Source: Clostridia bacterium (GTDB taxonomy: Bacteria > Bacillota > Clostridia > Oscillospirales > UBA644). From it: 64,000 nucleotides of DNA. Each line of letters begins with the position of its first letter. Positions within the stretch are counted from its first letter, which is position 1. The notes under the pieces are model-generated. The model was given only the letters and a program-made list of their open reading frames with translations, was not told the DNA's origin and ran no database searches. The position numbers and the translations under genes were made by a program. This document shows positions 17,960 to 28,126 of the stretch, piece by piece. Where the stretch lies: assembly GCA_017440085.1 (NCBI GenBank), contig JAFSHW010000012.1:16931-80930 (forward strand), read 5' to 3'.

Positions 17960-19291
17960 TTAAAGCTCAAGGTTTTCGCCTTTTTCACGGGAAATAATGT
18001 GAATGGGAGTTCCCGTAAGGCCAAAGGTATTCCTTATGCAGTTTTCAATATATCTCTGGTATGAAAAATGGAAAAGCTCTTTATCGTTAACGAAAATAAC
18101 GAAGGTCGGTGGCTTGATAGAGGGCTGAGTCATATAAAGAAGTTTAAGTCTCTTACCCTTATCTGTGGGAGGCTGAACTTTAGAAGTTGCATCGTTGAGC
18201 ATATCGTTAAGAACGCCCGTAGAAATTCTTCTGGAATGCTGTTCAGCAACGAAATTTATCATTTCATAAAGCTTTTCTACGCGCTGACCTGTTTTAGCAG
18301 AAATAAACACAATGGGAGCGTAAGACATAAATTTAAGGTCTTCCGCAATTCTTTCGCGCATTTTATCCATCGTTTTATCGTCTTTTTCAACGGCATCCCA
18401 TTTATTTACAACGATAATGGAAGCTTTACCTTTTTCGTGTGCAAAGCCTGCAATTTTCGTATCCTGCTCTGTAACGCCTTCACTTGCGTCAATCATAATG
18501 AGAACAACGTCGGCTCTGTCAACAGCCATATAAGAACGAACAACGCTGTAACGTTCAATTATTTCAGTTACCTTATTTTTCTTACGAAGCCCTGCAGTAT
18601 CAATAAATACGTATTTGCCGTGTTCATTTTCCTTTAAGGAGTCTACTGCGTCGCGGGTAGTGCCGGGAATATCTGAAACTATAAGGCGGTTTTCACCGAG
18701 AATGCAGTTAACGAGTGAGCTTTTGCCCACGTTAGGCTTACCGATAAGCGCAACCTTAATTGCATCTTCGTATTCAGGTTCAAGCTCAACGTGCTGGATT
18801 TTATCGTAAACAGCATCAAGAAGTTCACCTAAGCCAAGACCGTGTGTGGAAGAAATTGGATAAGGGTCACCAAGACCGAGATTATAAAACTCATAAATTT
18901 CAGGTGGTGGGTCACCGGGTCTATCAACCTTATTTACGCAAAGAATTATTTCCTTATTTGCTTTAAGAAGCATCTGTGCAACTTCTGCATCTGTAGCAGT
19001 CATTCCCGTCTTGATGTCGGTCATCATAAGAACTACGTCTGCTTTTTCGATAGCGATTTCAGCTTGACGGCGCATTTGTGAAAGGACAACATCGTCAGAA
19101 TGGGGCTCAATACCGCCGGTATCAACCAGCGTGAACGCTTGACCTCGCCATTCCGTATCGTAATAAATTCTGTCTCTGGTAACGCCGGGGGTATCTTCAA
19201 CGATTGAAAGACGCTGACCGACTATTTTATTAAAAAGTGTACTTTTACCGACGTTAGGACGCCCCACGACGGCAACAACAGGCAGTGCCAT
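17960..19291 (-). CDS. der: Ribosome-associated GTPase Der (EngA)
   Basis: There are two tandem G domains (GRPNVGKST and GKPNVGKSS P-loops) plus a KH-like C-terminus; 443 aa. Confidence 0.95.
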   Translation of the reverse strand: MALPVVAVVGRPNVGKSTLFNKIVGQRLSIVEDTPGVTRDRIYYDTEWRGQAFTLVDTGGIEPHSDDVVLSQMRRQAEIAIEKADVVLMMTDIKTGMTATDAEVAQMLLKANKEIILCVNKVDRPGDPPPEIYEFYNLGLGDPYPISSTHGLGLGELLDAVYDKIQHVELEPEYEDAIKVALIGKPNVGKSSLVNCILGENRLIVSDIPGTTRDAVDSLKENEHGKYVFIDTAGLRKKNKVTEIIERYSVVRSYMAVDRADVVLIMIDASEGVTEQDTKIAGFAHEKGKASIIVVNKWDAVEKDDKTMDKMRERIAEDLKFMSYAPIVFISAKTGQRVEKLYEMINFVAEQHSRRISTGVLNDMLNDATSKVQPPTDKGKRLKLLYMTQPSIKPPTFVIFVNDKELFHFSYQRYIENCIRNTFGLTGTPIHIISREKGENLEL

Positions 19292-19344
19292 AAAATGTCA
19301 TCTCCTCTATAGGATAATTATATATAAATTAGTTATCTTCAAAT

Positions 19345-20628
19345 TTAAACAAGACTTTCAAAAAAGTCCACTATATCGCAAGGCTCTTCCAAAATAACTG
19401 CTTCAACATTTAAAGCTTTTTCCACGTCTGCAACGGAAACGTCATCAAGGAAAACGTCATCGCGAAGCATAACTTTGGGGATAATAAGCTTTTTGCCGAG
19501 AGGTTTGTCTTTGAGCTGAGAAATAATATCTCCGCCGGTAACAAGCCCCGTAACGGTAACAGTTTCTCCGAAAAATTTATTTGCGATGGGGTAAAGGTTA
19601 ATTTTAAGCTCAGGCAATTTTTCATTGACCTTATTTATAAGTGAAGGAATAATGTTTTCCATACTCTTGCCCGTAACCCAGGAAACTTCAGCAGAACCCG
19701 TTTTTTCGGGCAAATCCTCAATTGCGTAAAGGAAATCTTCAATAAAGAGCGCCGTTATTCCTACTCCGTTTTCAATCTGCTCAAATTCCTCGTAGTAGTC
19801 GCTTTCGGGCAATTCCCTTTCCGCTTTTACGTAAAATTCATCTGATTCGTAGAAAAGTCTCGTGCCGAATTTTTCAACGCATTTATCGCCGAAAGCGGAA
19901 ACGGTATCAATAACTTGTGAACACTCTTCCTTATTGAAAAGCTCCAATTTGCAAAGCCCTTCACGGTGCGCCGTCATACCGAGAGGTACGATTGAAACGC
20001 TTGAAACGTTGGGGTAAAGGGAGCTGAGGTCGTTCATTGTTTTTTCCAGTTCTTCGCCGTCATTCCACCCCTTGCAAAGAACTATTTGGCAGCGGAGATT
20101 TATTCCCGCATCGGTAAGCTTACGCAAAAGAGGCATAATCCCCCTTGCGTTGGGATTTTTCATCATTTTCACGCGAAGCTCGTCGTTTGTTGTATGTACT
20201 GAAACGTTTAGGGGTGAAATTTTCAGTCTGATAATTCTGTCAATGTCCTCTTCCGTTGCATTTGTCAGCGTAACGTAATTGCCGTAAAGCAAAGAAAGGC
20301 GGAAATCATCATCTTTATAATAAACCGTGCTTCTCATACCTTTGGGAAGCTGGTCAATAAAACAAAAAATGCACTTATTTTTGCAGGAACGCTCTTTATC
20401 CATAAGGTAAGTATCGAAATCCACTCCGGTATGACCGTTGCATTTTGAGGTATAAGAAACCGTCTCACCTTGGCGGTCAACCGTAAAGGTGAGCTTCTCA
20501 TCAGCTGCACAGTACATATAGTCCAAAATATCGTGGATTTTTATCCCGTTTATGGAAAGGAGATTGTCTCCAACCTGCAATTTTCCGTAAAAGGGGCTGT
20601 TCTTTTCTATGGAAGTTATAATTGCCAT
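19345..20628 (-). CDS. PDZ-domain radical SAM protein (DUF512 family)
   Basis: It has an N-terminal PDZ-like segment (GKLQVGDNLLSINGIKI) and a CxxxCxxC cluster (CKNKCIFC); 427 aa. Its position upstream of der is common in Clostridia. Confidence 0.8.
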   Translation of the reverse strand: MAIITSIEKNSPFYGKLQVGDNLLSINGIKIHDILDYMYCAADEKLTFTVDRQGETVSYTSKCNGHTGVDFDTYLMDKERSCKNKCIFCFIDQLPKGMRSTVYYKDDDFRLSLLYGNYVTLTNATEEDIDRIIRLKISPLNVSVHTTNDELRVKMMKNPNARGIMPLLRKLTDAGINLRCQIVLCKGWNDGEELEKTMNDLSSLYPNVSSVSIVPLGMTAHREGLCKLELFNKEECSQVIDTVSAFGDKCVEKFGTRLFYESDEFYVKAERELPESDYYEEFEQIENGVGITALFIEDFLYAIEDLPEKTGSAEVSWVTGKSMENIIPSLINKVNEKLPELKINLYPIANKFFGETVTVTGLVTGGDIISQLKDKPLGKKLIIPKVMLRDDVFLDDVSVADVEKALNVEAVILEEPCDIVDFFESLV

Positions 20629-20726
20629 AAGAACTCCAATTCGTAATACGCAGAATAGACGGGCGAACCGTGTATTTATTGAAAAATAAACGATTCTCCC
20701 ATCTCATAACCGTATTTTCATAAAGA

Positions 20727-20921
20727 TTAAGCGTTAGCTTCTGCCTCTACCTTTATCACTTCTTTGCCGTTGTAGTAACCGCAATGAGCGCAAACTCTGT
20801 GGGAAAGGTGGAATTCACCGCAGTGTGAGCACTTTACCATGCCGGGCATGTCAAGCTTCCACACGCTGGAACGTCTCTTATGTTTTCTCTGTTTAGAAAT
20901 TCTTCTCTTCGGAGCAATCAC
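20727..20921 (-). CDS. rpmF: 50S ribosomal protein L32
   Basis: The sequence contains [16 protein letters not shown] and two CxxC pairs (CSHCG, CAHCG). The track ORF starts at GTG 20930, which directly abuts GGAGG. The GTG at 20921 is 7 nt from GGAGG and gives the canonical (M)IAPKRR N-terminus. Confidence 0.85.
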   Translation of the reverse strand: MIAPKRRISKQRKHKRRSSVWKLDMPGMVKCSHCGEFHLSHRVCAHCGYYNGKEVIKVEAEANA

Positions 20922-20985
20922 CGTAAGCACCTCCTATATCATATATAGATAAATTAACTCTATTTCAATATATTATTGAACAAAA

Positions 20986-21420
20986 TTATTCTTCGCCCTT
21001 TTCACAACGGCAATCTTCATTATTAAGATTTACGCCGCAATCGGGGCAAATTCCCTTGCAATCCTCTTTGCAAAGTATAACCATCGGAACTTCAAGGGAT
21101 AGCGCATCGTATGCCGTTCTTATAAGGTCTATCTTTCCGTTTTCAAGGGTAAGACTATCGTCTTTAGCCTCATTCAAATCGAAAATAGTATCAAGCTTTG
21201 CCTCGAGGGGCATAGAAGCTTCTTCCATACAGCGGTCACAAATTGAAGTGAACGTGCAGGTAATTTTCGCCTTAATAGTAAGCACGCCTGCAATATTTTT
21301 AATCTTTCCCTCAACCTTAACGTCAGTAAACGCAGGGTCAAGTTCTGAAAGATCCAAAGCAGTATCTATAAGGAGTACATCCCCCTTACTGCCTTTAATT
21401 TTAGAAACATCAATAAGCAT
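20986..21420 (-). CDS. yceD: YceD/DUF177 family protein (large-subunit ribosomal accumulation protein)
   Basis: It is 144 aa with C-terminal Cys motifs (CKGICPDCG). Its position immediately upstream of rpmF is conserved. Confidence 0.8.
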   Translation of the reverse strand: MLIDVSKIKGSKGDVLLIDTALDLSELDPAFTDVKVEGKIKNIAGVLTIKAKITCTFTSICDRCMEEASMPLEAKLDTIFDLNEAKDDSLTLENGKIDLIRTAYDALSLEVPMVILCKEDCKGICPDCGVNLNNEDCRCEKGEE

Positions 21421-21568
21421 TTTTGTACCTATTCTGTAACAAACAACATTACAGCCTTTTAATTATACCACAAATAGACAAAATGTCAATAGGGTGACAG
21501 AAAATTTAACTCAAAAGACATTTTTATAACCTAAATTTTACCGAAATGCCTTTTATAGTTGGCAAAAT

Positions 21569-22756
21569 TTACTCTGCTGTGATTTCTCTGCCGCCATTTC
21601 CTGCTTCGGAAATGTAGAATTCGGGAACAATACCTGTTCTTTCAGTGTAATTTTTACCAACGGTAGAAATAAACTCGTCAACTGCAGACTCTTCTACGAT
21701 GCTTACAGTGCAACCGCCGAAGCCTGCACCTGTCATTCTGGAACCGATACAACCGTCAATCTTCAAGCTTTCCTCAACCATAACGTCAAGGTTAAGACCT
21801 GTAACTTCATAAAGGTCACGGAGAGAAATATGAGAAGCTGTCATCATTCTTCCAAAAGCCATAAGGTCTCCATCGTTAAGAGCTTTAACTGAATTAAGAA
21901 CTCTGTCGCATTCGTAAACTACGTGTTCAGCTCTCATACGGCAAATCTCATCTTGAATGAGCATTTTGCTGTCTTCAAACTGCTCAACAGTAATATCTCT
22001 GAGGCATTCAGCTTCAGGATATGCAATTTTAAGCTGTTCAAGAGCTTCTTCGCACTGAGCTCTGCGTTCGTTATATTTGGAATCAGCGAGAGATCTCTTT
22101 TTCTTGGTGTTGCCGATTACTATTTTATAACCTGTAAGGTTAAGAGGAACGTACTTAAAGCTAAGGTCTTTGCAATCAAGGAAAATAGCCTGGTTCTGTC
22201 TTCCCATTGCAGATGCAAACTGGTCCATAATACCGCAATTTACACCGCAGTATACGTTTTCAGCTTTCTGAGAAAGCTTCGCCATTTCAATCATATCAAC
22301 AGCTTTAGAAATTCCCTTTGCTTCGTTGGAGAAGGTTGCAAGAGTTGTTGCCATAACGACTTCAATAGCCGCAGAGCTTGAAAGACCTGCACCGAAAGGA
22401 ACTGTATCGTGGTAAAGAATATCACAAGATACGATTTCGTAGCCTTCCTGCTGAAGAACATAAGCAACCCCTGCCTGATAGTTTCCCCAATCAAGGTCTT
22501 TATAATCAGCAAGTTTGGTAATATCAAGTTCTACTCTGTTGGGAAGGTCTGTTGCTGCAATTCTTATTTTGCCGGAATCGGTTTTTCTCACAGCGATCGT
22601 AGACGCCTGCAAAAGAGCCGCAGGGAACACGAATCCACCGTTATAGTCTGTGTGTTCACCGATAAGATTTACACGTCCGGGTGAAGAAAAAAGGCGCACG
22701 TCGCTGCCGTCCCCACCATAGATTTCCGTAAACTTTTTAATCAATTCGCTTCTCAA
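21569..22756 (-). CDS. galK: Galactokinase
   Basis: The signature GRVNLIGEHTDYNGG and the GHMP motif GAGLSSSAA are present. The start is TTG, 7 nt after GGGAGGAG. Confidence 0.9.
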   Translation of the reverse strand: MRSELIKKFTEIYGGDGSDVRLFSSPGRVNLIGEHTDYNGGFVFPAALLQASTIAVRKTDSGKIRIAATDLPNRVELDITKLADYKDLDWGNYQAGVAYVLQQEGYEIVSCDILYHDTVPFGAGLSSSAAIEVVMATTLATFSNEAKGISKAVDMIEMAKLSQKAENVYCGVNCGIMDQFASAMGRQNQAIFLDCKDLSFKYVPLNLTGYKIVIGNTKKKRSLADSKYNERRAQCEEALEQLKIAYPEAECLRDITVEQFEDSKMLIQDEICRMRAEHVVYECDRVLNSVKALNDGDLMAFGRMMTASHISLRDLYEVTGLNLDVMVEESLKIDGCIGSRMTGAGFGGCTVSIVEESAVDEFISTVGKNYTERTGIVPEFYISEAGNGGREITAE

Positions 22757-22815
22757 AATGAAACTCCTCCCGATGTTCGGTTAAATAATACTGTAATTAA
22801 AACATACCTTTCTAT

Positions 22816-22844
22816 ATTATACAGCAAAAACGCAATAAAATCAA
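22816..22844 (-). promoter_or_regulatory. Sigma-A-type promoter candidate for galK
   Basis: On the minus strand: TTGATT, a 17-nt spacer, then TATAAT, about 60 nt upstream of the galK TTG start. Confidence 0.45.
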
Positions 22845-22888
22845 GAGTTTACATTAAAATGTTAAAACTTCTTTACTGAAATAAAGGT

Positions 22889-23743
22889 TTAAGGCTCTTT
22901 TTCAACATTTGTTCCGTAATTTCGTGCGTAATGGAAGAGGTATTGCTGTATTATACCTGCATTTTCGCCAAAGTTCGCCACATAGCAGTCATCACCGTAA
23001 ATATCTGAAATAACTCTTTTAATCCAAACGTCCTTGGGAAAGACCTCGTGCCTGCCGTATGCAAAAAGCAAAATGCAATCACTAACCTTTTGCCCAACGC
23101 CTTTTACAGACATAAGAGCTGCGCCGACATCGCAAGTAGACAAGTCGTTTAAAGAGTCAAGAACCAATTCTCCCCTGCGAACTTTCTCAATGGCATCCAT
23201 TATGTATTTTTGCCTGAACCCTGCTCTCAAAGGAGCAAGCCCCTCGAAAGTGATTTTCTCCAAATCCTCCGTATCGGGAAACGCGAAAAGTTCTTCGCCA
23301 AAAGGTGAACCCAAAGATTTTCCGTAACTTTGGCAAAAACGGTTAATAATTCCTCTGATTCTTTTGATATTATTATTTGAGGAAATAATAAAAGATATTA
23401 AAGTTTCCAAAGGCTCCTGGCGCAAAATCCGTATTCCCTTACCGAATTCCGCAGCGGCAGTAAGGTATTTATCATCTTCAAAATCTAAAGCAATTGAACC
23501 GTAATCTCTGTCAAGGTCAAAATATTTTCGCCAAAAACTTTCGACCTCATCCAAAGTGGTGTTTTCAATTATAAATCCATTTTCCTGCTGGATACATCTG
23601 ACTGCCTTTCTACCGACAACGCCGACCCAACCAACGCCGTCAAAAGTCCAACGAAAGCACTGACCGCAATCAAAGGTGTCTTTAAGGCTGATATTACAGT
23701 CATCAATTAAAATTTTCTTTGAACCTTTATCAGTAATTTTCAT
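22889..23743 (-). CDS. ogg: 8-oxoguanine DNA glycosylase / HhH-GPD family DNA glycosylase
   Basis: The HhH motif with a Lys, VKGVGQKVSDCILLF, is followed by a downstream Asp. The N-terminal region is OGG-like; 284 aa. Confidence 0.8.
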   Translation of the reverse strand: MKITDKGSKKILIDDCNISLKDTFDCGQCFRWTFDGVGWVGVVGRKAVRCIQQENGFIIENTTLDEVESFWRKYFDLDRDYGSIALDFEDDKYLTAAAEFGKGIRILRQEPLETLISFIISSNNNIKRIRGIINRFCQSYGKSLGSPFGEELFAFPDTEDLEKITFEGLAPLRAGFRQKYIMDAIEKVRRGELVLDSLNDLSTCDVGAALMSVKGVGQKVSDCILLFAYGRHEVFPKDVWIKRVISDIYGDDCYVANFGENAGIIQQYLFHYARNYGTNVEKEP

Positions 23744-23844
23744 TTATTTTCAAAAACCCCTTTTCAAAATGAAAAATTTAGTATATAATATAATGGTAAA
23801 GCATATAATATTACTTATACATTCCGATTTTTTGAGAGGAAATT

Positions 23845-24852
23845 ATGAGTAATATTTCTTATATGCTAAAAAGAATGCGCCATATGAATTATGATAAAAT
23901 GTTTGAAACTGCAAAGGAGATTCACGCCCATACAGGGAAAAGCACTGCGACTGTTCTCACCGATATGCTAAGCTGTGCAGTTAAGTACAATGCCGGATAT
24001 ATGGATTATAAAATCGCGCAAATGTACAAGCTTACTCCCGACCAAAGAGCAACTACAATTACAAGAGGAATTTCAAACAAAATCGTTGCTATGAATAACC
24101 CTAAAAGGTTTTGGCACTATTTTGATAATAAAGCGGAATTCAACACTCTTTTCGCAGAATACGTAAAACGAGGCTGGATAGATTTTACCATCTGCTCCGA
24201 AGAAGCCTTTAAAGAATGGCTCAAAGATAAAAAAGATATTATCGCCAAGCCCATTGACGGCTCCAGCGGAAGAGGAATAAAAAAGTATGTAAAAAATGAC
24301 TATGAAAACCTTTCCGATTTTTACAGCAAACTGAAGGCTGATGGGACAGGCATCGTTGAAGAGGTCGTCGTTCAACACAGCGAAATAAATAAAATCAACC
24401 CATCCTCTGTAAATACCATCAGAATAGTGACGCTAAACGGCACGAAAAAATACGGAATAGTTTACGCCGCCATAAGAATCGGTCAAAAAGGCACGGATAT
24501 GGATAACGTTGATTGCGGAGGAATGGCTTGCCCCATAGACCTTGAAACGGGTAAGATTTCAGCCTGCGGCGCTGATAAAAAAGGAAACGTTTATAAAAAG
24601 CACCCTGAAAGCGGTATCGAATTAGTTGGCTTTGAAATTCCGTTTTTTGATGAAGCGAAAAAAATCTGTATGGAAGCTTCTAAAAAGATTCCCGAAATGA
24701 AATATATCGCTTGGGACGTGGCAATAACGGAAAGCGGTCCAGTCTTCATTGAAGGAAATTCCTTCCCTTCTCACGCAATACCTCAATTTGCAGCACATTT
24801 TCCTGACGGAATAGGAATTTTACCAAGATACAGAGAATTCATAGATATATAA
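23845..24852 (+). CDS. ATP-grasp domain protein (resembles the sugar-transfer-associated ATP-grasp family)
   Basis: It is 335 aa. After the N-terminal helical region (LSCAVKYNAGYMDYKIAQMY) comes an ATP-grasp-like core (IAKPIDGSSGRGI ... VVQH ... IEGNSFP). Confidence 0.75.
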   Translation: MSNISYMLKRMRHMNYDKMFETAKEIHAHTGKSTATVLTDMLSCAVKYNAGYMDYKIAQMYKLTPDQRATTITRGISNKIVAMNNPKRFWHYFDNKAEFNTLFAEYVKRGWIDFTICSEEAFKEWLKDKKDIIAKPIDGSSGRGIKKYVKNDYENLSDFYSKLKADGTGIVEEVVVQHSEINKINPSSVNTIRIVTLNGTKKYGIVYAAIRIGQKGTDMDNVDCGGMACPIDLETGKISACGADKKGNVYKKHPESGIELVGFEIPFFDEAKKICMEASKKIPEMKYIAWDVAITESGPVFIEGNSFPSHAIPQFAAHFPDGIGILPRYREFIDI

Positions 24853-24868
24853 GAAAGGACTCGAAATA

Positions 24869-25555
24869 ATGAAAGAACACATTTACACAATACCTCTCAA
24901 CGAACATTTTGCAAAATTGGAATCCTGCCCACTGTGTTCACTTTTTGAGATGATGGAAAGAAACGAAGTTGAAACAATAACGGGAGCATCAATGATGGAG
25001 CCTTCCATAAGAATTCAAACCAACAAAGAAGGCTTTTGCGAAAAGCATCTGCACCAAATAACGCAAGTAGGGAAAAAGCTCCCCGTAGCGCTGATTTTTC
25101 AAAGTCATCTTGAAGAAATATTCAAAGATATTGACGGAAAAAGCGGAGACCACCAAATAAAGAAGCTTGATTCTCTCGAAAAATCCTGCTATATTTGCCG
25201 CAGAATAAAATCCAATATGGATAGCATTTACTCAAACTTTTTCCATATCTACAAAACTGATTCAAAATTCCACGATCTGTTTTTAAAGCAAAAGCTTTTC
25301 TGCCTGCCTCATTATAAAGAATTGCTTTATTACGGCTCCAAAAATCTTTCCAAAAAGGAATTCAAACTCTTCACAGAAGAAATTAACAATCTGGAAATGA
25401 GGTACCTCAACGAATTAAAAGGAGATATTGACTGGTTCTGCAAAAAATTCGATTACCGCTTCGCAAAAGAAGATTGGAAAAACAGTAAGGACGCTGTCGA
25501 AAGAACTGTCTATACTTTATGTGGAAATCTTCCAAAAAATAAAAGTGAGGCATAA
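24869..25555 (+). CDS. Cys/His-rich protein of unknown function (possibly DUF6062-like)
   Basis: It is 228 aa and starts 16 nt after the ATP-grasp stop. It has two CxxC motifs (CPLC, CYIC), each followed downstream by FCxxH (FCEKH, FCLPH). The family name is recalled from memory only. Confidence 0.7.
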   Translation: MKEHIYTIPLNEHFAKLESCPLCSLFEMMERNEVETITGASMMEPSIRIQTNKEGFCEKHLHQITQVGKKLPVALIFQSHLEEIFKDIDGKSGDHQIKKLDSLEKSCYICRRIKSNMDSIYSNFFHIYKTDSKFHDLFLKQKLFCLPHYKELLYYGSKNLSKKEFKLFTEEINNLEMRYLNELKGDIDWFCKKFDYRFAKEDWKNSKDAVERTVYTLCGNLPKNKSEA

Positions 25556-25601
25556 AAAAGACTTGATTTTACAAAAAAAATATTTTTTTTGGTTTTACAC
25601 C

Positions 25602-25630
25602 TTGACAAATACACATATTCATAATATAAT
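25602..25630 (+). promoter_or_regulatory. Consensus sigma-A promoter upstream of acpP
   Basis: TTGACA (25602-25607), a 17-nt spacer, then TATAAT (25625-25630). This implies a leader of about 120 nt before acpP. Confidence 0.55.
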
Positions 25631-25758
25631 ATAAATGTGTATATGTCTCGCCATAAATATATTGTACCACATTAAGGCGGAAAAATCAATACATATAAAA
25701 ATAAAAATACAATTTTAAATATTTTTTATGCCTCTATGAGGCAGGAGGGAGAATACTT

Positions 25759-25986
25759 ATGTATTTTGAAAAAATCGCTGAAATAATCGCAGAAAAATTC
25801 GATATGAACGTTGATGAAATTAAACTCACAACGAACATTTTCGAAGATTTGGGGGCTGACTCTCTTGACATCGTTGATATGTTAATGATGCTTGAAGACC
25901 AATATGAGATCACAATCCCCGACGAAGTTGCTCAAGAAATGAGAACTATCGGCGACGTTGTAAATTACATAGAAGAAAACGCCTAA
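25759..25986 (+). CDS. acpP: Acyl carrier protein
   Basis: It is 75 aa with the phosphopantetheine attachment motif LGADSLDIVDM. Confidence 0.9.
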   Translation: MYFEKIAEIIAEKFDMNVDEIKLTTNIFEDLGADSLDIVDMLMMLEDQYEITIPDEVAQEMRTIGDVVNYIEENA

Positions 25987-26103
25987 GCGGAATAAGGCAA
26001 TATGTAGCCGTTTGATTAAGGCTGATACCAAAGATATTTATGTGGGGAATACTTCTTTTGCGAGAGGGGTTTCCCACACATTATTTATAAGAAAGGTTCA
26101 AAA

Positions 26104-26526
26104 ATGCAATTAAAAGACAGAATTCTGGCAATAGACTACGGAACGAAGCGCACGGGAATAGCAATAAGCGACCCTCTGGGGCAAATTGCGACTCCCCTAC
26201 CCCATATTCCAATGAAAACAAACGAACATTTGTGCAAGGATATAATCAATCTGATTTCAGATTACAAAGTTAAAAAAATAATATTGGGGCTCCCGTTAAG
26301 AACTGACGGAAAAGTGGGAGACACTGAAATGAAGGTAAGAGAATTCCACTCGTTACTTTCTGAAAAAATCGAAATCCCTACAGAATTCGTCTGCGAAGCA
26401 TTCACAACAGTCATTGCGGCGCAAAAACTCCACGAAAAAGGAAAAAACGCAAAACAACAGAGGCAAATAATAGACTCTGCTGCTGCAGCGGTAATGCTTC
26501 AAGGGTATCTTGACAGCCATAATTGA
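26104..26526 (+). CDS. ruvX: Holliday-junction-resolvase-like nuclease YqgF/RuvX
   Basis: The N-terminus ILAIDYGTKRTGIAISD is characteristic; 140 aa. Confidence 0.9.
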   Translation: MQLKDRILAIDYGTKRTGIAISDPLGQIATPLPHIPMKTNEHLCKDIINLISDYKVKKIILGLPLRTDGKVGDTEMKVREFHSLLSEKIEIPTEFVCEAFTTVIAAQKLHEKGKNAKQQRQIIDSAAAAVMLQGYLDSHN

Positions 26527-26548
26527 GAAAGGATAAATTTTAATAAAA

Positions 26549-28078
26549 ATGAAGCCTAAAAAGCAACTAATAAAAAGAAGCCTTATTATGGCGCTGTTTT
26601 TTGCAGTTCAATTAGCATTTCTTTTTGTAACGGTTTGGTGGTTCAACAGTTATTTTGCGGCGTATTACGTTTTGGACGCAATACTGAGGGTTATTTTCGT
26701 TTTTAAGATAATAAATGACGACAGTAATCCCAGTTATAAAATCGCGTGGATAGTGCCCATAGCATTTTTGCCGGTATTCGGAAGTTTGATTTACGTTATT
26801 TTCGGAAACAGAACTCTGAAAAAGAAAACCTGCGCAAAAATGGCTAAAATTTCCGATTCAGCTTACGCAACTTTTAAAACAGAGAGAAACACTATTGCGG
26901 AAGAGCTGAAAAATGAAGACCCATTAGCGTTTACTCAGTCAAACTACATTTCCAAATATGCAAATTTCCCAATTTATAAAAATACTTATTCCGAATATCT
27001 ACCTTCAGGTGAAATAAAATACAAAAAGTTGATGGAAGAGCTTGAAAAAGCGAAAAAATTCATTTTCTTGGAGTACTTCATTATCGGAGAAGGAATTATG
27101 TGGAACTCCATTCTTGAAGTTTTGAAGAGAAAAGTCGCTGAAGGAGTTGACGTAAGGGTAATTTACGATGCCTTCGGAAGTCTTGAAGTGCTGCCTCTGC
27201 AATATAATAAAACCCTTGAATCAATGGGAATAAAATGTGCAATTTTCAATCCTTTCGTTCCGGCTCTTGACGTAAGACTAAACAACAGAGACCACCGAAA
27301 AATTTGCGTAATTGACGGGAACGTGGGCTTTACGGGAGGCATAAACCTTGCCGACGAATATATAAACGCTTATGAAAAACACGGCCATTGGAAAGACACG
27401 GCAATTCTTCTCAAAGGGGACGCAGTTTGGAGCCTTACGGTAATGTTTTTGACAATGTGGGACTATCTTAAAAACGTTCATACAGAAATAAACGATTTTA
27501 AAGGGCTTTCCCATGAAAAATACGAAGATTCAGGATACGTTCAGCCATATTCCGATAACCCAATGGATTCCGAGCCTGTGGGGGAAACCGTATATCTGAA
27601 TATAATCAATAAAATAGTGGATTACCTTTATATTACAACCCCCTATTTAATTATTGATAACACTATGGTGACAGCTCTTTGCACAGCGGCAAAATCAGGA
27701 ATTGACGTAAAAATTATTACTCCGCATATTCCCGATAAAAAATACGTGCATTCCGTAACTCGTTCCTATTACCAAAAGCTTATAGAAAGCGGAGTTGAAA
27801 TTTATGAATACACTCCCGGATTTATCCACGCAAAGGCATTCGTTGCAGATGATAAATACGGCGTTGTTGGAACAATAAATATGGATTACCGCAGCCTATT
27901 CTTGCATTTTGAATGCGCTACCTGGCTTTACAAGGCAAGATGCATAAGCGAAATAAAAGAGGATTTTATTAAAACCTTGGAATCCTGCGAAAAAATAACT
28001 CTTGAAGATTGCAAAAAAACACCTTGGTACAAACGATTGACAAGGGTATTCCTAAACCTTTTCGCACCGCTTATGTAA
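26549..28078 (+). CDS. cls: Cardiolipin synthase
   Basis: It has two N-terminal TM helices and two HKD motifs (HRKICVIDGNVGFTGGINL and IHAKAFVADDKYGVVGTINMD); 509 aa. Confidence 0.9.
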   Translation: MKPKKQLIKRSLIMALFFAVQLAFLFVTVWWFNSYFAAYYVLDAILRVIFVFKIINDDSNPSYKIAWIVPIAFLPVFGSLIYVIFGNRTLKKKTCAKMAKISDSAYATFKTERNTIAEELKNEDPLAFTQSNYISKYANFPIYKNTYSEYLPSGEIKYKKLMEELEKAKKFIFLEYFIIGEGIMWNSILEVLKRKVAEGVDVRVIYDAFGSLEVLPLQYNKTLESMGIKCAIFNPFVPALDVRLNNRDHRKICVIDGNVGFTGGINLADEYINAYEKHGHWKDTAILLKGDAVWSLTVMFLTMWDYLKNVHTEINDFKGLSHEKYEDSGYVQPYSDNPMDSEPVGETVYLNIINKIVDYLYITTPYLIIDNTMVTALCTAAKSGIDVKIITPHIPDKKYVHSVTRSYYQKLIESGVEIYEYTPGFIHAKAFVADDKYGVVGTINMDYRSLFLHFECATWLYKARCISEIKEDFIKTLESCEKITLEDCKKTPWYKRLTRVFLNLFAPLM

Positions 28079-28088
28079 TATAAACAAC

Positions 28089-28125
28089 AAAGGAGAAACT
28101 TTTATTCAAAAAGCTTCTCCTTTTT
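28089..28125. terminator. Bidirectional terminator between convergent cls and the hydrolase gene
   Basis: A 9-bp stem pairs AAAGGAGAA with TTCTCCTTT. The stem arms themselves begin with AAA and end with TTT, and TT follows on the plus strand. Confidence 0.5.
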
Positions 28126-28126
28126 A

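Noticed and set aside
25635-25718. A 27-codon sORF (MCICLAINILYHIKAEKSIHIKIKIQF) lies in the acpP leader. I considered it as a possible leader peptide or a RiPP precursor for the nearby ATP-grasp enzyme.
   Set aside because: Its ATG sits about 5 nt after the -10 hexamer, so it would have to be leaderless. It has no RBS, the AT-rich sequence readily yields such ORFs by chance, and the ATP-grasp is not of the graspetide type by its motifs.
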